Source: Candidatus Latescibacterota bacterium (GTDB taxonomy: Bacteria > Latescibacterota > UBA2968 > UBA8231). Taken from it: a DNA stretch of 64,000 nt. Location of the stretch: the NCBI GenBank assembly GCA_965206595.1, contig OZ242214.1, positions 352,001 to 416,000 on the forward strand, given 5' to 3'. This document shows, one piece after another, positions 30,983 to 40,218 of the stretch (positions are counted from its first letter, which is position 1; every line of letters begins with the position of its first letter). The notes beneath the pieces were generated by a model. The model had not been told where the DNA came from. It ran no database searches and was given only the letters and a program-made list of their open reading frames with translations. Both the position numbers and the translations under genes were made by a program.

Positions 30983-31236
30983 TGCTCCTGACGGATGCCG
31001 GGCTTCATCAAAGCCAGCTTTCCATCCGTATCGACGGGTTGTCTTGATGGAAATTTCAAGATGAGGAGTATTGAGGGCAACAACATGTTAGACGGTCAGC
31101 GCCTGTGAACAGCTGCCTGAATGGTATCCTGCCGAGCAAAATGAAACAGCGGGACGTCTGCGAAATAGGTTGCTCCTCATTACATAACTGGACTCGATGT
31201 GGAAGCCCATCTTTGTTGCTCCGGTGCGGGTCCGAG

Positions 31237-33651
31237 TTGCCGCATCGGGTAAATCGGGCGGTCGCGGCGCTGATGCTCGGCTTTGCTGTCGCCGCGGCCT
31301 CCGCTCCGGCTGATCGCGTCCGCGTCCTGGAGGATTTCGACCGCGGCGCCGGCCATTGGCGGCTGCGCCAGGCGAGCCTGGACCTCGTGGCGGCGGATCC
31401 CGGCCCCGGGTCCGCGGCCCGGCTCCAGTATCCCCGCTGGACCCGGGGGGCCGGCAAGTGGCCCTCGGCCCGCCTGCGTTTCGGCGACGGGGCATTCCGG
31501 GACGGCGACTGGAGCGCCTTCTCCTCCCTGAAGTTCGAGGCGCGGTCGCAGCTCGGCGGAACCGCCCATCTCAAGCTGCGCATCGACGACGCCGAGGGGC
31601 GCCGCGCTGTCCGCATCCTCGCGGTTTCCGCCGATACCATCACCACCTGCGCCGTCTCCATCGCCGGTATCGGCGGCGAGATCGACACCCGCCGCGTGCG
31701 CTTGATCGACCTGTACATGAGGCAGCCCTCCCGGGACCGCGCCCTCCTGATCGACGACATCCGCCTGGAAGCCGGGCGGCTCGAGCTTCTGGAGCTCGAA
31801 GCGAGCCGCGATCCCCTGGCATCCGGGGGGCTGCGCGTGGCCGCGAAATTCAACCGCCGGGCGGCGATCGAGGTCGTCGTCCGCGATGAGCGGGGAGTGC
31901 CGGCAGGGTACTCCCGCGCTCGCGACACGGAGATCGAGTACGAGTGGGAGCCTGCCCCCGAGGCTTCGCCCCAGACCTACACGGTGTGGCTGGCCGCCGC
32001 GGACAGCGCCGGGGGGCAGGTGATCGAGAACCCCCTCGGAGAGGTGAGGGCGCGCCCGGTTTCCAGACGCCCGCTGCTGGCCGCCTGGGCGGCGAGTTCG
32101 GTGGAGAAGCTGTTCCTGCACAGCTGGCCCGGCATCGGTCGGGAGGTGTACGAGTTCCCGCCCGCGGAAGGCGCCCCGCCGCTGCGCGTCGACCTGGCGG
32201 GAAACGAGCAGGAATCGGCGCAGTTGGTGCTGCTGAGCCGGGGGCAGGCGGAGCTGAAGGCAGCGGTGGGCAAGCTGCTCCACGGCGACGGCCAGACCCT
32301 CTTTCCTTCCGGGGGCTGCCGCATCGACCTGGTGGGGTACGTGAAAACGAAGGCCCCCGAGGAGTACGCCGTCGATTTCGCCGGCTGGTGGCCGGATCCC
32401 CTGCTGCCGGTATCCAGGGTCGCCGCCAGGGCAGGGGAGGCGACGCCGCTCTGGCTGTCGTTTGCGACCTCGGATACGACGCCGCCGGGGGTGTACCGCG
32501 GTGCCGTCGAGATCTCCGCGGACGGGCAACCGGCCGGCTCCGTTCCCCTGCAGGTGACCGTGCACCATCCGGTGCTGCCCGATTCGACGACCGTCCGCAC
32601 CGCCTTCTCGCTCTATGAAAACATGCTCGAGAAGGTGTACGGAACGGAGTTCCGAGAGGGGCGCCGCAGTCGCCGCGGGCAGGCGATTTACCTAAAATTC
32701 CGCGACTTCATAGCTGCGCACCGGCTGAACGTCACCCATCTGTACCGCCGCTCGCCGCCGGGCGTTCCGGAGATCGTAGAGCTCGCCGGCCGACACCAGC
32801 TGAACGCCGCCAACCTCGTCAACCTTCGAACCGGCGACTACACCGAGCAGGAGCTGGCGGCCATCGCCGACAGCCTGGAGCCGACGGTGCGGTTCCTGCG
32901 CTCCCGGGGGCTGCTGCCGCGGGCCTTCATCTACGGCTTCGACGAGGCGACGGTCGCGGATTTCGAGAATCTCAGGGGCGCCTTCGGGTACATGAAACAG
33001 CGTTTCCCGGACCTGAAGACGGCGACGACGGCAATGGACCCGAGCTACGGCCTGGAGAGCGGCCTCGACGACGCCGTCGATATCTGGGTGCCGCTGACGG
33101 CGTTCTACGACGAGGGAGCGGCCGCGGCCGCGCGCGCCCGCGGAAAGGAGGTCTGGTGGTACATCTGCATCGGGCCCACGCATCCGTTCGCCAACTGGTT
33201 CATCGAGTACCCGCTGCTCGAGGCGCGGCTGCTCTGGTGGATGACCTGGCGCCGGGGGGTTACCGGTTTTCTCTACTACACCCTCAACCGCTGGCCCAAC
33301 CAGGAGGCGCCGTTGCGCACTGCCCCGGGATCGAACAGGACCGGCTGGAATCCCGCCTCGTTCGGGACCGCCAACGGCGACGGTTGCCTGATATATGCAG
33401 GGGAGAACGGCCCGGTGTCGTCGCTCCGGTTCGAGAACGTCCGCGACGGCATCGAGGATTTCGAGCTGTTGCAGATGCTGAGCCTGCGGAAAGGGGACGC
33501 CGGCGCCGCGGGCCGGAGGCTGTGCGACCGGCTGGTGCGCTCGCTTACAGACTTCACCGCGGATCCAGGCGAGTTCATGGAGGCGCGGCGGCAGCTGCTG
33601 GAAGAGCTCGACCGCCTGGCAGCCAATGATGGAAGTGGTATTGAAGAGTGA
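31237..33651 (+). CDS. DUF4091/GH123-like glycoside hydrolase with N-terminal CBM-like region
   Basis: NEQESAQL, WPDPLLP, YGFDE, WWYIC, GDGCLIY and SLRFENVRDGIEDFE motifs. Start uncertain (ORF open from 31105). Confidence 0.78.
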   Translation: MPHRVNRAVAALMLGFAVAAASAPADRVRVLEDFDRGAGHWRLRQASLDLVAADPGPGSAARLQYPRWTRGAGKWPSARLRFGDGAFRDGDWSAFSSLKFEARSQLGGTAHLKLRIDDAEGRRAVRILAVSADTITTCAVSIAGIGGEIDTRRVRLIDLYMRQPSRDRALLIDDIRLEAGRLELLELEASRDPLASGGLRVAAKFNRRAAIEVVVRDERGVPAGYSRARDTEIEYEWEPAPEASPQTYTVWLAAADSAGGQVIENPLGEVRARPVSRRPLLAAWAASSVEKLFLHSWPGIGREVYEFPPAEGAPPLRVDLAGNEQESAQLVLLSRGQAELKAAVGKLLHGDGQTLFPSGGCRIDLVGYVKTKAPEEYAVDFAGWWPDPLLPVSRVAARAGEATPLWLSFATSDTTPPGVYRGAVEISADGQPAGSVPLQVTVHHPVLPDSTTVRTAFSLYENMLEKVYGTEFREGRRSRRGQAIYLKFRDFIAAHRLNVTHLYRRSPPGVPEIVELAGRHQLNAANLVNLRTGDYTEQELAAIADSLEPTVRFLRSRGLLPRAFIYGFDEATVADFENLRGAFGYMKQRFPDLKTATTAMDPSYGLESGLDDAVDIWVPLTAFYDEGAAAAARARGKEVWWYICIGPTHPFANWFIEYPLLEARLLWWMTWRRGVTGFLYYTLNRWPNQEAPLRTAPGSNRTGWNPASFGTANGDGCLIYAGENGPVSSLRFENVRDGIEDFELLQMLSLRKGDAGAAGRRLCDRLVRSLTDFTADPGEFMEARRQLLEELDRLAANDGSGIEE

Positions 33652-33923
33652 GGCCGGGCAGTCCGCGGCTGCGGGTGCCTGCGTGGGTACGTGAGGGTGC
33701 GAAAGAGAGCCCCTCGGCAGCCGGATATTGCCATCTTTCCGGGACGGGACAGGACGCCGGCAGCAGGCAGGATGGGGCCCCCATCGGGGGTCGTTCCCGA
33801 TGTCGGCCGGGACGGTGGACGAAACCTGCCGTCGAGGGATGACCGGCAGCAGACTCGAAGAGCGAGCCAATTCAACCGCGGCGCCGCCACAGGCGGTTTC
33901 GCCGCACACAAGGGAGAGAGATC

Positions 33924-34910
33924 ATGTACAGAGTAGGAGTCATCGGCTGCAGGGGGATCGGCAACCGCCACGCCCAGGGCGCGGACGGGCTGGCCAACGC
34001 CGAGGTGGTTGCCGGTTGCGACCTCGTCGAAGAGCAGCGGCGAAGCTTCGAGGAGGAGTTCCGGCCGACGAATCCCGGCCTGGAGATGTACGGCGACTAC
34101 CGCGAGATGCTCGACAAGGCGAAGCCCGACATCGTCACCATCGCCACCGGGGACAACGCCCACGCGAACATGGCCGTGGACGCGGCCGAAGCGGGGGTGA
34201 AGGGGATCTTCTGCGAAAAGCCGCTGGCGACCACGCTGGAGGATGCCGACCGCATGGTCGCCGCCGCGGAGGCCAACGGCACCCTGCTGTCCGTCGACCA
34301 CACGCGCCACTGGTACCCCCTCTGGCACCGCTGCCACGAACTGGTCGCCGACGGAGCCATAGGGGAGGTGCGCAGCGTCGTGCTGCTGTTCCACAGCGCC
34401 CGCTCGATGCTGTTCCGCAACGGCACTCACATGCTCGACGCCATCATGTGGTTCGCCGGCGGCCGCCCGCAGTGGGTCGTCGCCGAGCTCGAGGACGGGT
34501 ACGAGGGTTACGGCGAGTACCGCGGGGACGGCGGCCACGATCCGGCCACCGAACCGAGCGCCAACGCCCTGATTCGTTTCGACAACGGGGTGCGCGGCGT
34601 GTACCACGGCGACAAGCAGGCCCAGCAGCGGACCGAGTTCACGGTAAGCGGCACGGAGGGGCGCCTCCTGATCGCCGGGGAGAACGCCTTTCTCGACCGC
34701 GGCGAGCGACGCGAACCGATTGCGGCACCGCAGTGGGAGGTGAAGGAGATCCAGGCGGGGGTCCATGAGCTGGTCCGCGTCCTCGACGGCGAGGGGGAGC
34801 TCTCCTGCACCGGCCGCGACGGCCTGGCGGTGGTCGAGATGATGCTCGCCTGCCTGCAGTCGCAGGTCCGGGGCAACGTCCGCATCCCGATTCCCCTGGA
34901 GCGGTCATGA
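33924..34910 (+). CDS. Gfo/Idh/MocA oxidoreductase
   Basis: GVIGCRGIG, CEKPLA and NGTHMLD motifs. Confidence 0.9.
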   Translation: MYRVGVIGCRGIGNRHAQGADGLANAEVVAGCDLVEEQRRSFEEEFRPTNPGLEMYGDYREMLDKAKPDIVTIATGDNAHANMAVDAAEAGVKGIFCEKPLATTLEDADRMVAAAEANGTLLSVDHTRHWYPLWHRCHELVADGAIGEVRSVVLLFHSARSMLFRNGTHMLDAIMWFAGGRPQWVVAELEDGYEGYGEYRGDGGHDPATEPSANALIRFDNGVRGVYHGDKQAQQRTEFTVSGTEGRLLIAGENAFLDRGERREPIAAPQWEVKEIQAGVHELVRVLDGEGELSCTGRDGLAVVEMMLACLQSQVRGNVRIPIPLERS

Positions 34911-35785
34911 GCGCCGACAAGAAGGCCGAACCCCTGCGCATCCTGTCGATCGGCGCCCACCCGGCCGACATCTTCGACCAGTCCGGGGGCGCCATGGCCC
35001 ACCACGCGGCGCGCGGCGACTGGGTGGGATGCGTGGTCCTGACCCACGGCGCCCGCGTGCACGACGCCGTGGTCAGCGACGAGATGTTCCACCGCGAAGA
35101 GGTCCCCGAGGCCGAGGAGCTGAAGCAGTTGATGGCGGAGCGCTCCGAGGTCAAGGCGGAGGAGGTGCGCCGGGCCTGCCGCTCTCTCGGGGTCGAGGAG
35201 GTCCGCTTCCTCGGGATCGACGACGCCGTGCTGATGGTGACCGAGGAGGCGGTGCGGACGCTGGCGCGTCTGATCCGGGAGCTCAAACCCGACGTCGTGC
35301 TGACCCACTTCCCCCGGGAGGGGGACGGCAAAACGAACGCCCACGCCACCGCCGGGCAGATCGTCCTGCACGCGCTGTCCCACGCCGCCGGCGTCGACCC
35401 GGGGGACCGTCGGCCCCCTCACAAGGTGGCCCAGGTCCTCTTCTTCGGCTGCGGGGGCGCTTCCCTGCCGCGCGACGTCTGGGGCTCCGAAGGGGGGTAC
35501 TACAACGACCTGTTCATCGACATCACCGACGTCGTCGACAAGAAGCTCGCCGCCCTCGACGCCCTGGTCAGCCAGGGGTACGGCGGCGCCTACGCGCGCA
35601 AGCGGATCGAAACCACCGACGGCGCCTTCGGGCAGGCGGGGGGCTGCGCCTACGCCGAGGGCTTCATAAAAATGACGGCGGAAACCCGCTACTACTTCCC
35701 GGTCACCGGGCAGGCCCTGGAGCTGGCGCGGGCCTCGGATCACGAGGTGATCGGGCGGACCTCCTACAAGATCGAAACGGACTGA
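34907..35785 (+). CDS. PIG-L/LmbE family deacetylase-like protein
   Basis: IGAHPAD, LTHG, PDVVLTH, IDITD and YAEGF motifs. Confidence 0.82.
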   Translation: MSADKKAEPLRILSIGAHPADIFDQSGGAMAHHAARGDWVGCVVLTHGARVHDAVVSDEMFHREEVPEAEELKQLMAERSEVKAEEVRRACRSLGVEEVRFLGIDDAVLMVTEEAVRTLARLIRELKPDVVLTHFPREGDGKTNAHATAGQIVLHALSHAAGVDPGDRRPPHKVAQVLFFGCGGASLPRDVWGSEGGYYNDLFIDITDVVDKKLAALDALVSQGYGGAYARKRIETTDGAFGQAGGCAYAEGFIKMTAETRYYFPVTGQALELARASDHEVIGRTSYKIETD

Positions 35786-35799
35786 GGCGGGAGGGGTCC

Positions 35800-36789
35800 C
35801 TACCGGGAGAGGGCGCGCTCGACGTCGATGCGGCCGGCCGCAACCGCCCTGCGGAAGAGCTCGACCGAGTCGCGCACCCCGTCGCCGAGGGAGCGCCAGC
35901 GGATGCCGGGGATGTCCGCGCTGAGCTGCGAGTCGTCGACTTCGGAGGGATGGGGCAGCGGCGCCGGATCGAAGCTGATCCTGCCCCTGGCATCGGGCAC
36001 CGCCTCCTCGATGGCGGCGACGATATCCGCCATGTGGGCGGTGCTGCCCCCGAGGTTGTAGACCGGCGCCCCTTCGAGCCGGGTGCGCGCCCCCAGGATC
36101 ATCGCCGCGGCGACGTCCTCGGCGTGGTGGTAGACGAGGGTGCCTCCGTAGGTGATGCGGTAGTCGCGGCCGAGCGCCGCGGCGAGCATCGCCTTGGTCG
36201 GCGTCGAGGTCCAGCCCTGGTCCCTGCCGGGGCCGTAGACGACGCAGGGTCTCAGGCCGATCGACGGCAACCCGTTCTCGCGCCAGTACACCGTCGCGGT
36301 CCCCTCGTTCGCCTGCTTGAAGACCCCGTACAAGGTCGGCGGCGTCAGCGGCGCGTCGTGGGCGATCGGTCCGGGCGGGTAGTTCCCGGGATCGCCGTAC
36401 ACTCCGAAGGAGCTGGCGAAGGCGACGCCGCGCACCTGGTCGGCGCGGCGCCTGGCGGTTTCGAGGACGACCGTCGTGCCGACGACGTTGACCGCGGCCC
36501 CGGCCACCGGGTCGGCGCGCACCAGGGGGACCTGCAGGGCGGCGAGGTGAACGATGTGGGTGATGCCGTTGTCGGCGACGACGCGGTCGAAGGCGGCCGC
36601 GTCGGTGATGTCGCCGGTCTCCATGTGGACGGCCGTCATCTCGTCGTCCCCCATCACCAGCCGCAGGCGATGCGGGTCGCCGCCCAGGTCGTAGGTCCAG
36701 ACCGGGACCCCCTCGGCGACCAGGAGGCGCGCGGCCCAGGCTCCGACGCAGCCGTAGGCGCCGGTGATCAGGAATCTTTCAGAGCTCAT
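35800..36789 (-). CDS. NAD-dependent epimerase/dehydratase
   Basis: TGAYGCVG, HLAA, YGVFK and YGPG motifs. Confidence 0.9.
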   Translation of the reverse strand: MSSERFLITGAYGCVGAWAARLLVAEGVPVWTYDLGGDPHRLRLVMGDDEMTAVHMETGDITDAAAFDRVVADNGITHIVHLAALQVPLVRADPVAGAAVNVVGTTVVLETARRRADQVRGVAFASSFGVYGDPGNYPPGPIAHDAPLTPPTLYGVFKQANEGTATVYWRENGLPSIGLRPCVVYGPGRDQGWTSTPTKAMLAAALGRDYRITYGGTLVYHHAEDVAAAMILGARTRLEGAPVYNLGGSTAHMADIVAAIEEAVPDARGRISFDPAPLPHPSEVDDSQLSADIPGIRWRSLGDGVRDSVELFRRAVAAGRIDVERALSR

Positions 36790-36978
36790 CTCTCCACTCC
36801 CGGGAAACTCGGCAGCTTGGGGATCCTGCCTGCAGGCGAGGCTGAAGGACCGGCGCCGAGACCAGGTCGACCAAGGACCAGGCGCCGGCTCGGTGCTGAG
36901 ACCTGCCCGCCGGAGGGGCGGAGCGCGGATGCGCCCTGCCGCTGGCGGCGGGAGTGGAACATAAGCCGCCGCGGCCCC

Positions 36979-37611
36979 TCAGTCAGCCGCGGCGCCGAGT
37001 GCCCTGCCGAGGGCGGCGAGGACGGCGCGGGGCTCCGCCCACCCCCGGGCGAGCAGGACCTTCTTCCCGGAGCCGGCCGGCGCTTCGAACAGCAGCGTGG
37101 GAAACTCGCGGACTCCCAGCCGGCGGCGCGTCTCGAAGTCCCGCTGCAGCTGCGCTTCGACCTCGGGGGAGGCGATTTCCCGCTCGAAGCGGGCGGCGTC
37201 GAGCCCGAGTTCCGCGGCCAGGGAGGTGAGGGTCTCGAGGTCGGACGGATTGCGCGCCTCGGTGTAGTAGGCGCTCTGGACGGCGCGGAACATCGCCGGC
37301 CCCGCGTCCTGCAGCTGGGCGGCGAGGACCGCCCGGCAGGCGGGGTAGGTGGAGCGCCTCGGGAGGCAGCGCTCCCAGAAATCCCAGTTGAAGGAGGCCC
37401 CGGTCCCGGCCTCGACGGCGCGCCAGTTCTTCTGCACGTAGGCGTGCACCTCCGGCGCCATCGGTTCGTCCGAGTCGGGGGCCAGGCCGCCCATGACGTA
37501 GCACAGGGGGACTTCAGCCGGCAGCCCCGCCTCGACCGCGGCGAGGGCGGGGCCGAATCCCCAGCACCAGGAGCACATCGGATCGCCGATGTAGAAGACG
37601 GTTCCGGTCAT
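36979..37611 (-). CDS. DsbA family (FrnE-like) thioredoxin-fold protein
   Basis: DPMCSWCWGF, STYPACRAV and GVREFPTL motifs; start ATG 37611. Confidence 0.88.
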   Translation of the reverse strand: MTGTVFYIGDPMCSWCWGFGPALAAVEAGLPAEVPLCYVMGGLAPDSDEPMAPEVHAYVQKNWRAVEAGTGASFNWDFWERCLPRRSTYPACRAVLAAQLQDAGPAMFRAVQSAYYTEARNPSDLETLTSLAAELGLDAARFEREIASPEVEAQLQRDFETRRRLGVREFPTLLFEAPAGSGKKVLLARGWAEPRAVLAALGRALGAAAD

Positions 37612-37673
37612 CTCCAGCTTGAACCGACAGGGTACAACCGCATAAAAAACAAGACCTAGGCCTAGATTTTCGC

Positions 37674-37702
37674 TTGACAAGAAAGCGGGATGCAAGTAGT
37701 AT
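37674..37702 (+). promoter_or_regulatory. sigma70-type promoter P1
   Basis: TTGACA-17 nt-TAGTAT. Confidence 0.7.
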
Positions 37703-37708
37703 TGGGCT

Positions 37709-37796
37709 GTTCCAAACATAAAGCCAGTCACCCTTTCGGGTGCTGAGCTTTGTTCCGGGCCGGCAGGACAGAGGCGATCCTGTCGGCCTTTCTTTT
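37709..37796 (+). ncRNA. Candidate small RNA 1 (~90 nt)
   Basis: Lies downstream of P1. Long bulged hairpin at 37715-37754 (CACCC-UUUC-GGGUG apex), then terminator GGCCGGCAGGA/TCCTGTCGGCC + TTTCTTTT. No credible ORF. Confidence 0.55.
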
Positions 37797-37798
37797 GC

Positions 37799-37827
37799 TT
37801 GACTTTCACCGGGCCGCTTCGTAGGAT
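37799..37827 (+). promoter_or_regulatory. sigma70-type promoter P2
   Basis: TTGACT-17 nt-TAGGAT, immediately after terminator 1. Confidence 0.6.
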
Positions 37828-37833
37828 TTGCCC

Positions 37834-38005
37834 ATCCCCACATCGACGCCGGGAGCGATCCTGGCGCCGGTTCCACCCGGAAACGGGTGGTGGGCGTCCG
37901 GCAGGGTCGCCTCGTGCCGGATGCCCTTCGCCGGACGGACATTTTCTCCTCCGTCCGGCTTCTTTTCCCTGACAGGGGGCAACCTTGGTTGCCCCCTGTT
38001 TTTTT
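37834..38005 (+). ncRNA. Candidate small RNA 2 (~170 nt, five hairpins)
   Basis: Consecutive hairpins with GCGA and GAAA (GNRA) tetraloops, a long GGGCGTCCGGCA/TGCCGGATGCCC stem and a pyrimidine-loop hairpin, then a terminator. Confidence 0.55.
37972..38005 (+). terminator. Intrinsic terminator
   Basis: ACAGGGGGCAACC-TT-GGTTGCCCCCTG followed by T7. Confidence 0.8.
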
Positions 38006-38167
38006 GTACCTGCCCTGCGGACCGGCTGCGCCAGCAGGACAGGGGCCGCAACCTGCCGGGTCCCCAGGGACCCGGGTCCCGATTGAGACCATCTGACGTC
38101 GTCGCTATTATCTGCCCCTGCGGCGGCGAGGAGTCGCCGCAGGGGTTTCGCAAGGAGAGGGGCAACC

Positions 38168-39187
38168 GTGAAAGCGGCGTTCTACGAGGGCGGCAAGAAG
38201 ATCGGAGTGGGGCCGTGTGAGCCGGTGGCCCCGGGGGCCGGACAGGTCCGCGTCGACGTCGCCTGGTGCGGCGTGTGCGGGACCGACCTGCACATCTTCC
38301 AGGGCCACATGGATCAGCGCGTGAGCACGCCGCTGGTGATCGGTCACGAGATGTCCGGGACGATCGCCGAGACCGGTCCCGGGGTCGGCGGCTGGGCCGC
38401 GGGGGACGGGGTCGTCGTGCGCCCGCTGGAGCCGTGCCATGGCTGCCCGGCCTGCCGCCGCGGCCACGAGCACATCTGCCAGAATCTCAACTTCATCGGC
38501 ATCGACAGCCCCGGGGCCTTCCAGGCCTCCTGGACGGTGCCGGCGCACACCCTGCACCGGCTGCCCGAGGGCATCTCGATGGAGCTGGCGGCCCTGATCG
38601 AGCCGCTGGCCGTGGCCTGCCACGACGTCCGTCTCGGCGAGGTGAAACCGGGGGAGCGGGCCGTCGTCATCGGCGGCGGCCCGATCGGAACCCTGGTCGC
38701 CCTGGTCTGCCGCCACGCCGGGGCCGAGGTGCTGCTGGCCGAGGTCAACCCGTACCGGGTGCAGTTCGCCCGCGATCTCGGTTTCGAGACGGTGGACCCG
38801 CGCGCCCGCGATCTCGCCGGGGCCGTGGAGGAGCACAGCCCGGGTGGCGCCGACGTGCTGTTCGAGGTCTCCGGCACGCAGGAGGGGGCCCGGGTGATGA
38901 CGGAGCTGGTGCGCACGCGCGGCCGCATCGTCGTCGTCGCCATTTTCGCCGATCCGCCGAAGATCGACCTGTTCCGCTTCTTCTGGCGCGAGCTGCGGCT
39001 GTGCGGGGTGCGCGTGTACGAGCCGGAGGACTACGACGCCGCCATAGCGATGGTCGCCTCCGGCGAGCTGCCGCTCGAGCGCCTGATCTCGGCGCGCCGC
39101 GGGCTCGGCGATCTGCAGGGCGTCTTCGAGGAGATCGAGGCGGGCGGCGAGCTGATGAAGGTTCTGATCGACACACAGGGAGAGTAG
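38168..39187 (+). CDS. Zn-dependent alcohol/sugar dehydrogenase (MDR)
   Basis: CGTD, GHE, CxxCxxC...C structural Zn site and GGGPIG motifs. Confidence 0.92.
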   Translation: MKAAFYEGGKKIGVGPCEPVAPGAGQVRVDVAWCGVCGTDLHIFQGHMDQRVSTPLVIGHEMSGTIAETGPGVGGWAAGDGVVVRPLEPCHGCPACRRGHEHICQNLNFIGIDSPGAFQASWTVPAHTLHRLPEGISMELAALIEPLAVACHDVRLGEVKPGERAVVIGGGPIGTLVALVCRHAGAEVLLAEVNPYRVQFARDLGFETVDPRARDLAGAVEEHSPGGADVLFEVSGTQEGARVMTELVRTRGRIVVVAIFADPPKIDLFRFFWRELRLCGVRVYEPEDYDAAIAMVASGELPLERLISARRGLGDLQGVFEEIEAGGELMKVLIDTQGE

Positions 39188-39193
39188 AAGGAC

Positions 39194-40186
39194 ATGGGAA
39201 AAGTGCGCATGGCCCAGCTCGGCATCGGACACGGGCACGCCGCCGGCAAGATGCGTTCGATGAGGACGAACGACGGCGTCGAGGTTGCCGGGGTTTTCGA
39301 GCCGGATGAGGAGGAGCGCCGGACGTTCTCAGGCAACCCGGAGTACGAGGGTCTGCACTGGTACGAAAGCGCCGAGGAGATGCTCGCCGACGACAGCATC
39401 GCCGCCGTCGCCTCGGAGGGGCGCAACTCCAACAGCCTCGACCAGACCGAACAGATCGTCGCCGCGGGCAGGCACGTCTGGTACGACAAGCCGGCCGGCG
39501 ACGACTACCGGCAGTGGGAGCGCGTGATCGCCGCGGCGCGCGCCGCCAACCTCGTGGTGCAGATGGGGTACATGCTGCGCTACAACCCGCTGTTCCGGCA
39601 GGTGACGGAGTGGGCGCGCTCGGGGTTTCTCGGCGACGTCTTCTCGGTGCGGGCCCACATGTCGACGAGCGTTCCGGCGGAGGCGCGCCAGCGCATCGCC
39701 GAGGCCCACCGCGGCGGCGTCCATTTCGACCTCGCCGGCCACATGCTCGACCAGATCGTCTGGATGCTCGGCCGCCCGGAAAGGGTCACGGCCTTCCTGC
39801 GCAACGAAACCGGCGAGGTCCCCGAATTCAGCGACAACACCGTCGGCGTGTACGAGTTCGAGAAGGCCGTCGCCATCGTCGCCATCGCCGCCATGGAGAC
39901 GGCGCCGATGGCGCGCCGCTTCGAGGTCTACGGCACCCGGGGCAGCGCCATCATCGTCGAGCCGTTCGAGCCGGGGGACCGGGTGCGGCTCTGCCTCGAC
40001 GAGGACCGCGGCGGCTTCCGCAAGGGGCTCCAGACCGTCGAAATGGAGGGCCGCGACCGCCAGGGCTGCTACGACGAGGAGCTGGTCGCCTTCCTGGCGG
40101 CGATCTCCGGCGCGCGCGCGCCGGACCGGCCGTACGAGCACGAGCTGCTGGTCCAGGAGACCCTCATGCGGGCGGTCGGGGGCTGA
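39194..40186 (+). CDS. Gfo/Idh/MocA oxidoreductase
   Basis: LGIGHGHA, YDKPAG, GYMLRY and DLAGHMLD motifs. Confidence 0.9.
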   Translation: MGKVRMAQLGIGHGHAAGKMRSMRTNDGVEVAGVFEPDEEERRTFSGNPEYEGLHWYESAEEMLADDSIAAVASEGRNSNSLDQTEQIVAAGRHVWYDKPAGDDYRQWERVIAAARAANLVVQMGYMLRYNPLFRQVTEWARSGFLGDVFSVRAHMSTSVPAEARQRIAEAHRGGVHFDLAGHMLDQIVWMLGRPERVTAFLRNETGEVPEFSDNTVGVYEFEKAVAIVAIAAMETAPMARRFEVYGTRGSAIIVEPFEPGDRVRLCLDEDRGGFRKGLQTVEMEGRDRQGCYDEELVAFLAAISGARAPDRPYEHELLVQETLMRAVGG

Positions 40187-40218
40187 GAGAGCCGGCCCTC
40201 CGGCAGGGGCGCCGTGCG

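Noticed and set aside
37674-38005. CRISPR array, tRNA or CsrB-like RNA
   Set aside because: No repeated spacer unit and no cloverleaf; the GGA motifs are mostly in stems rather than loops.
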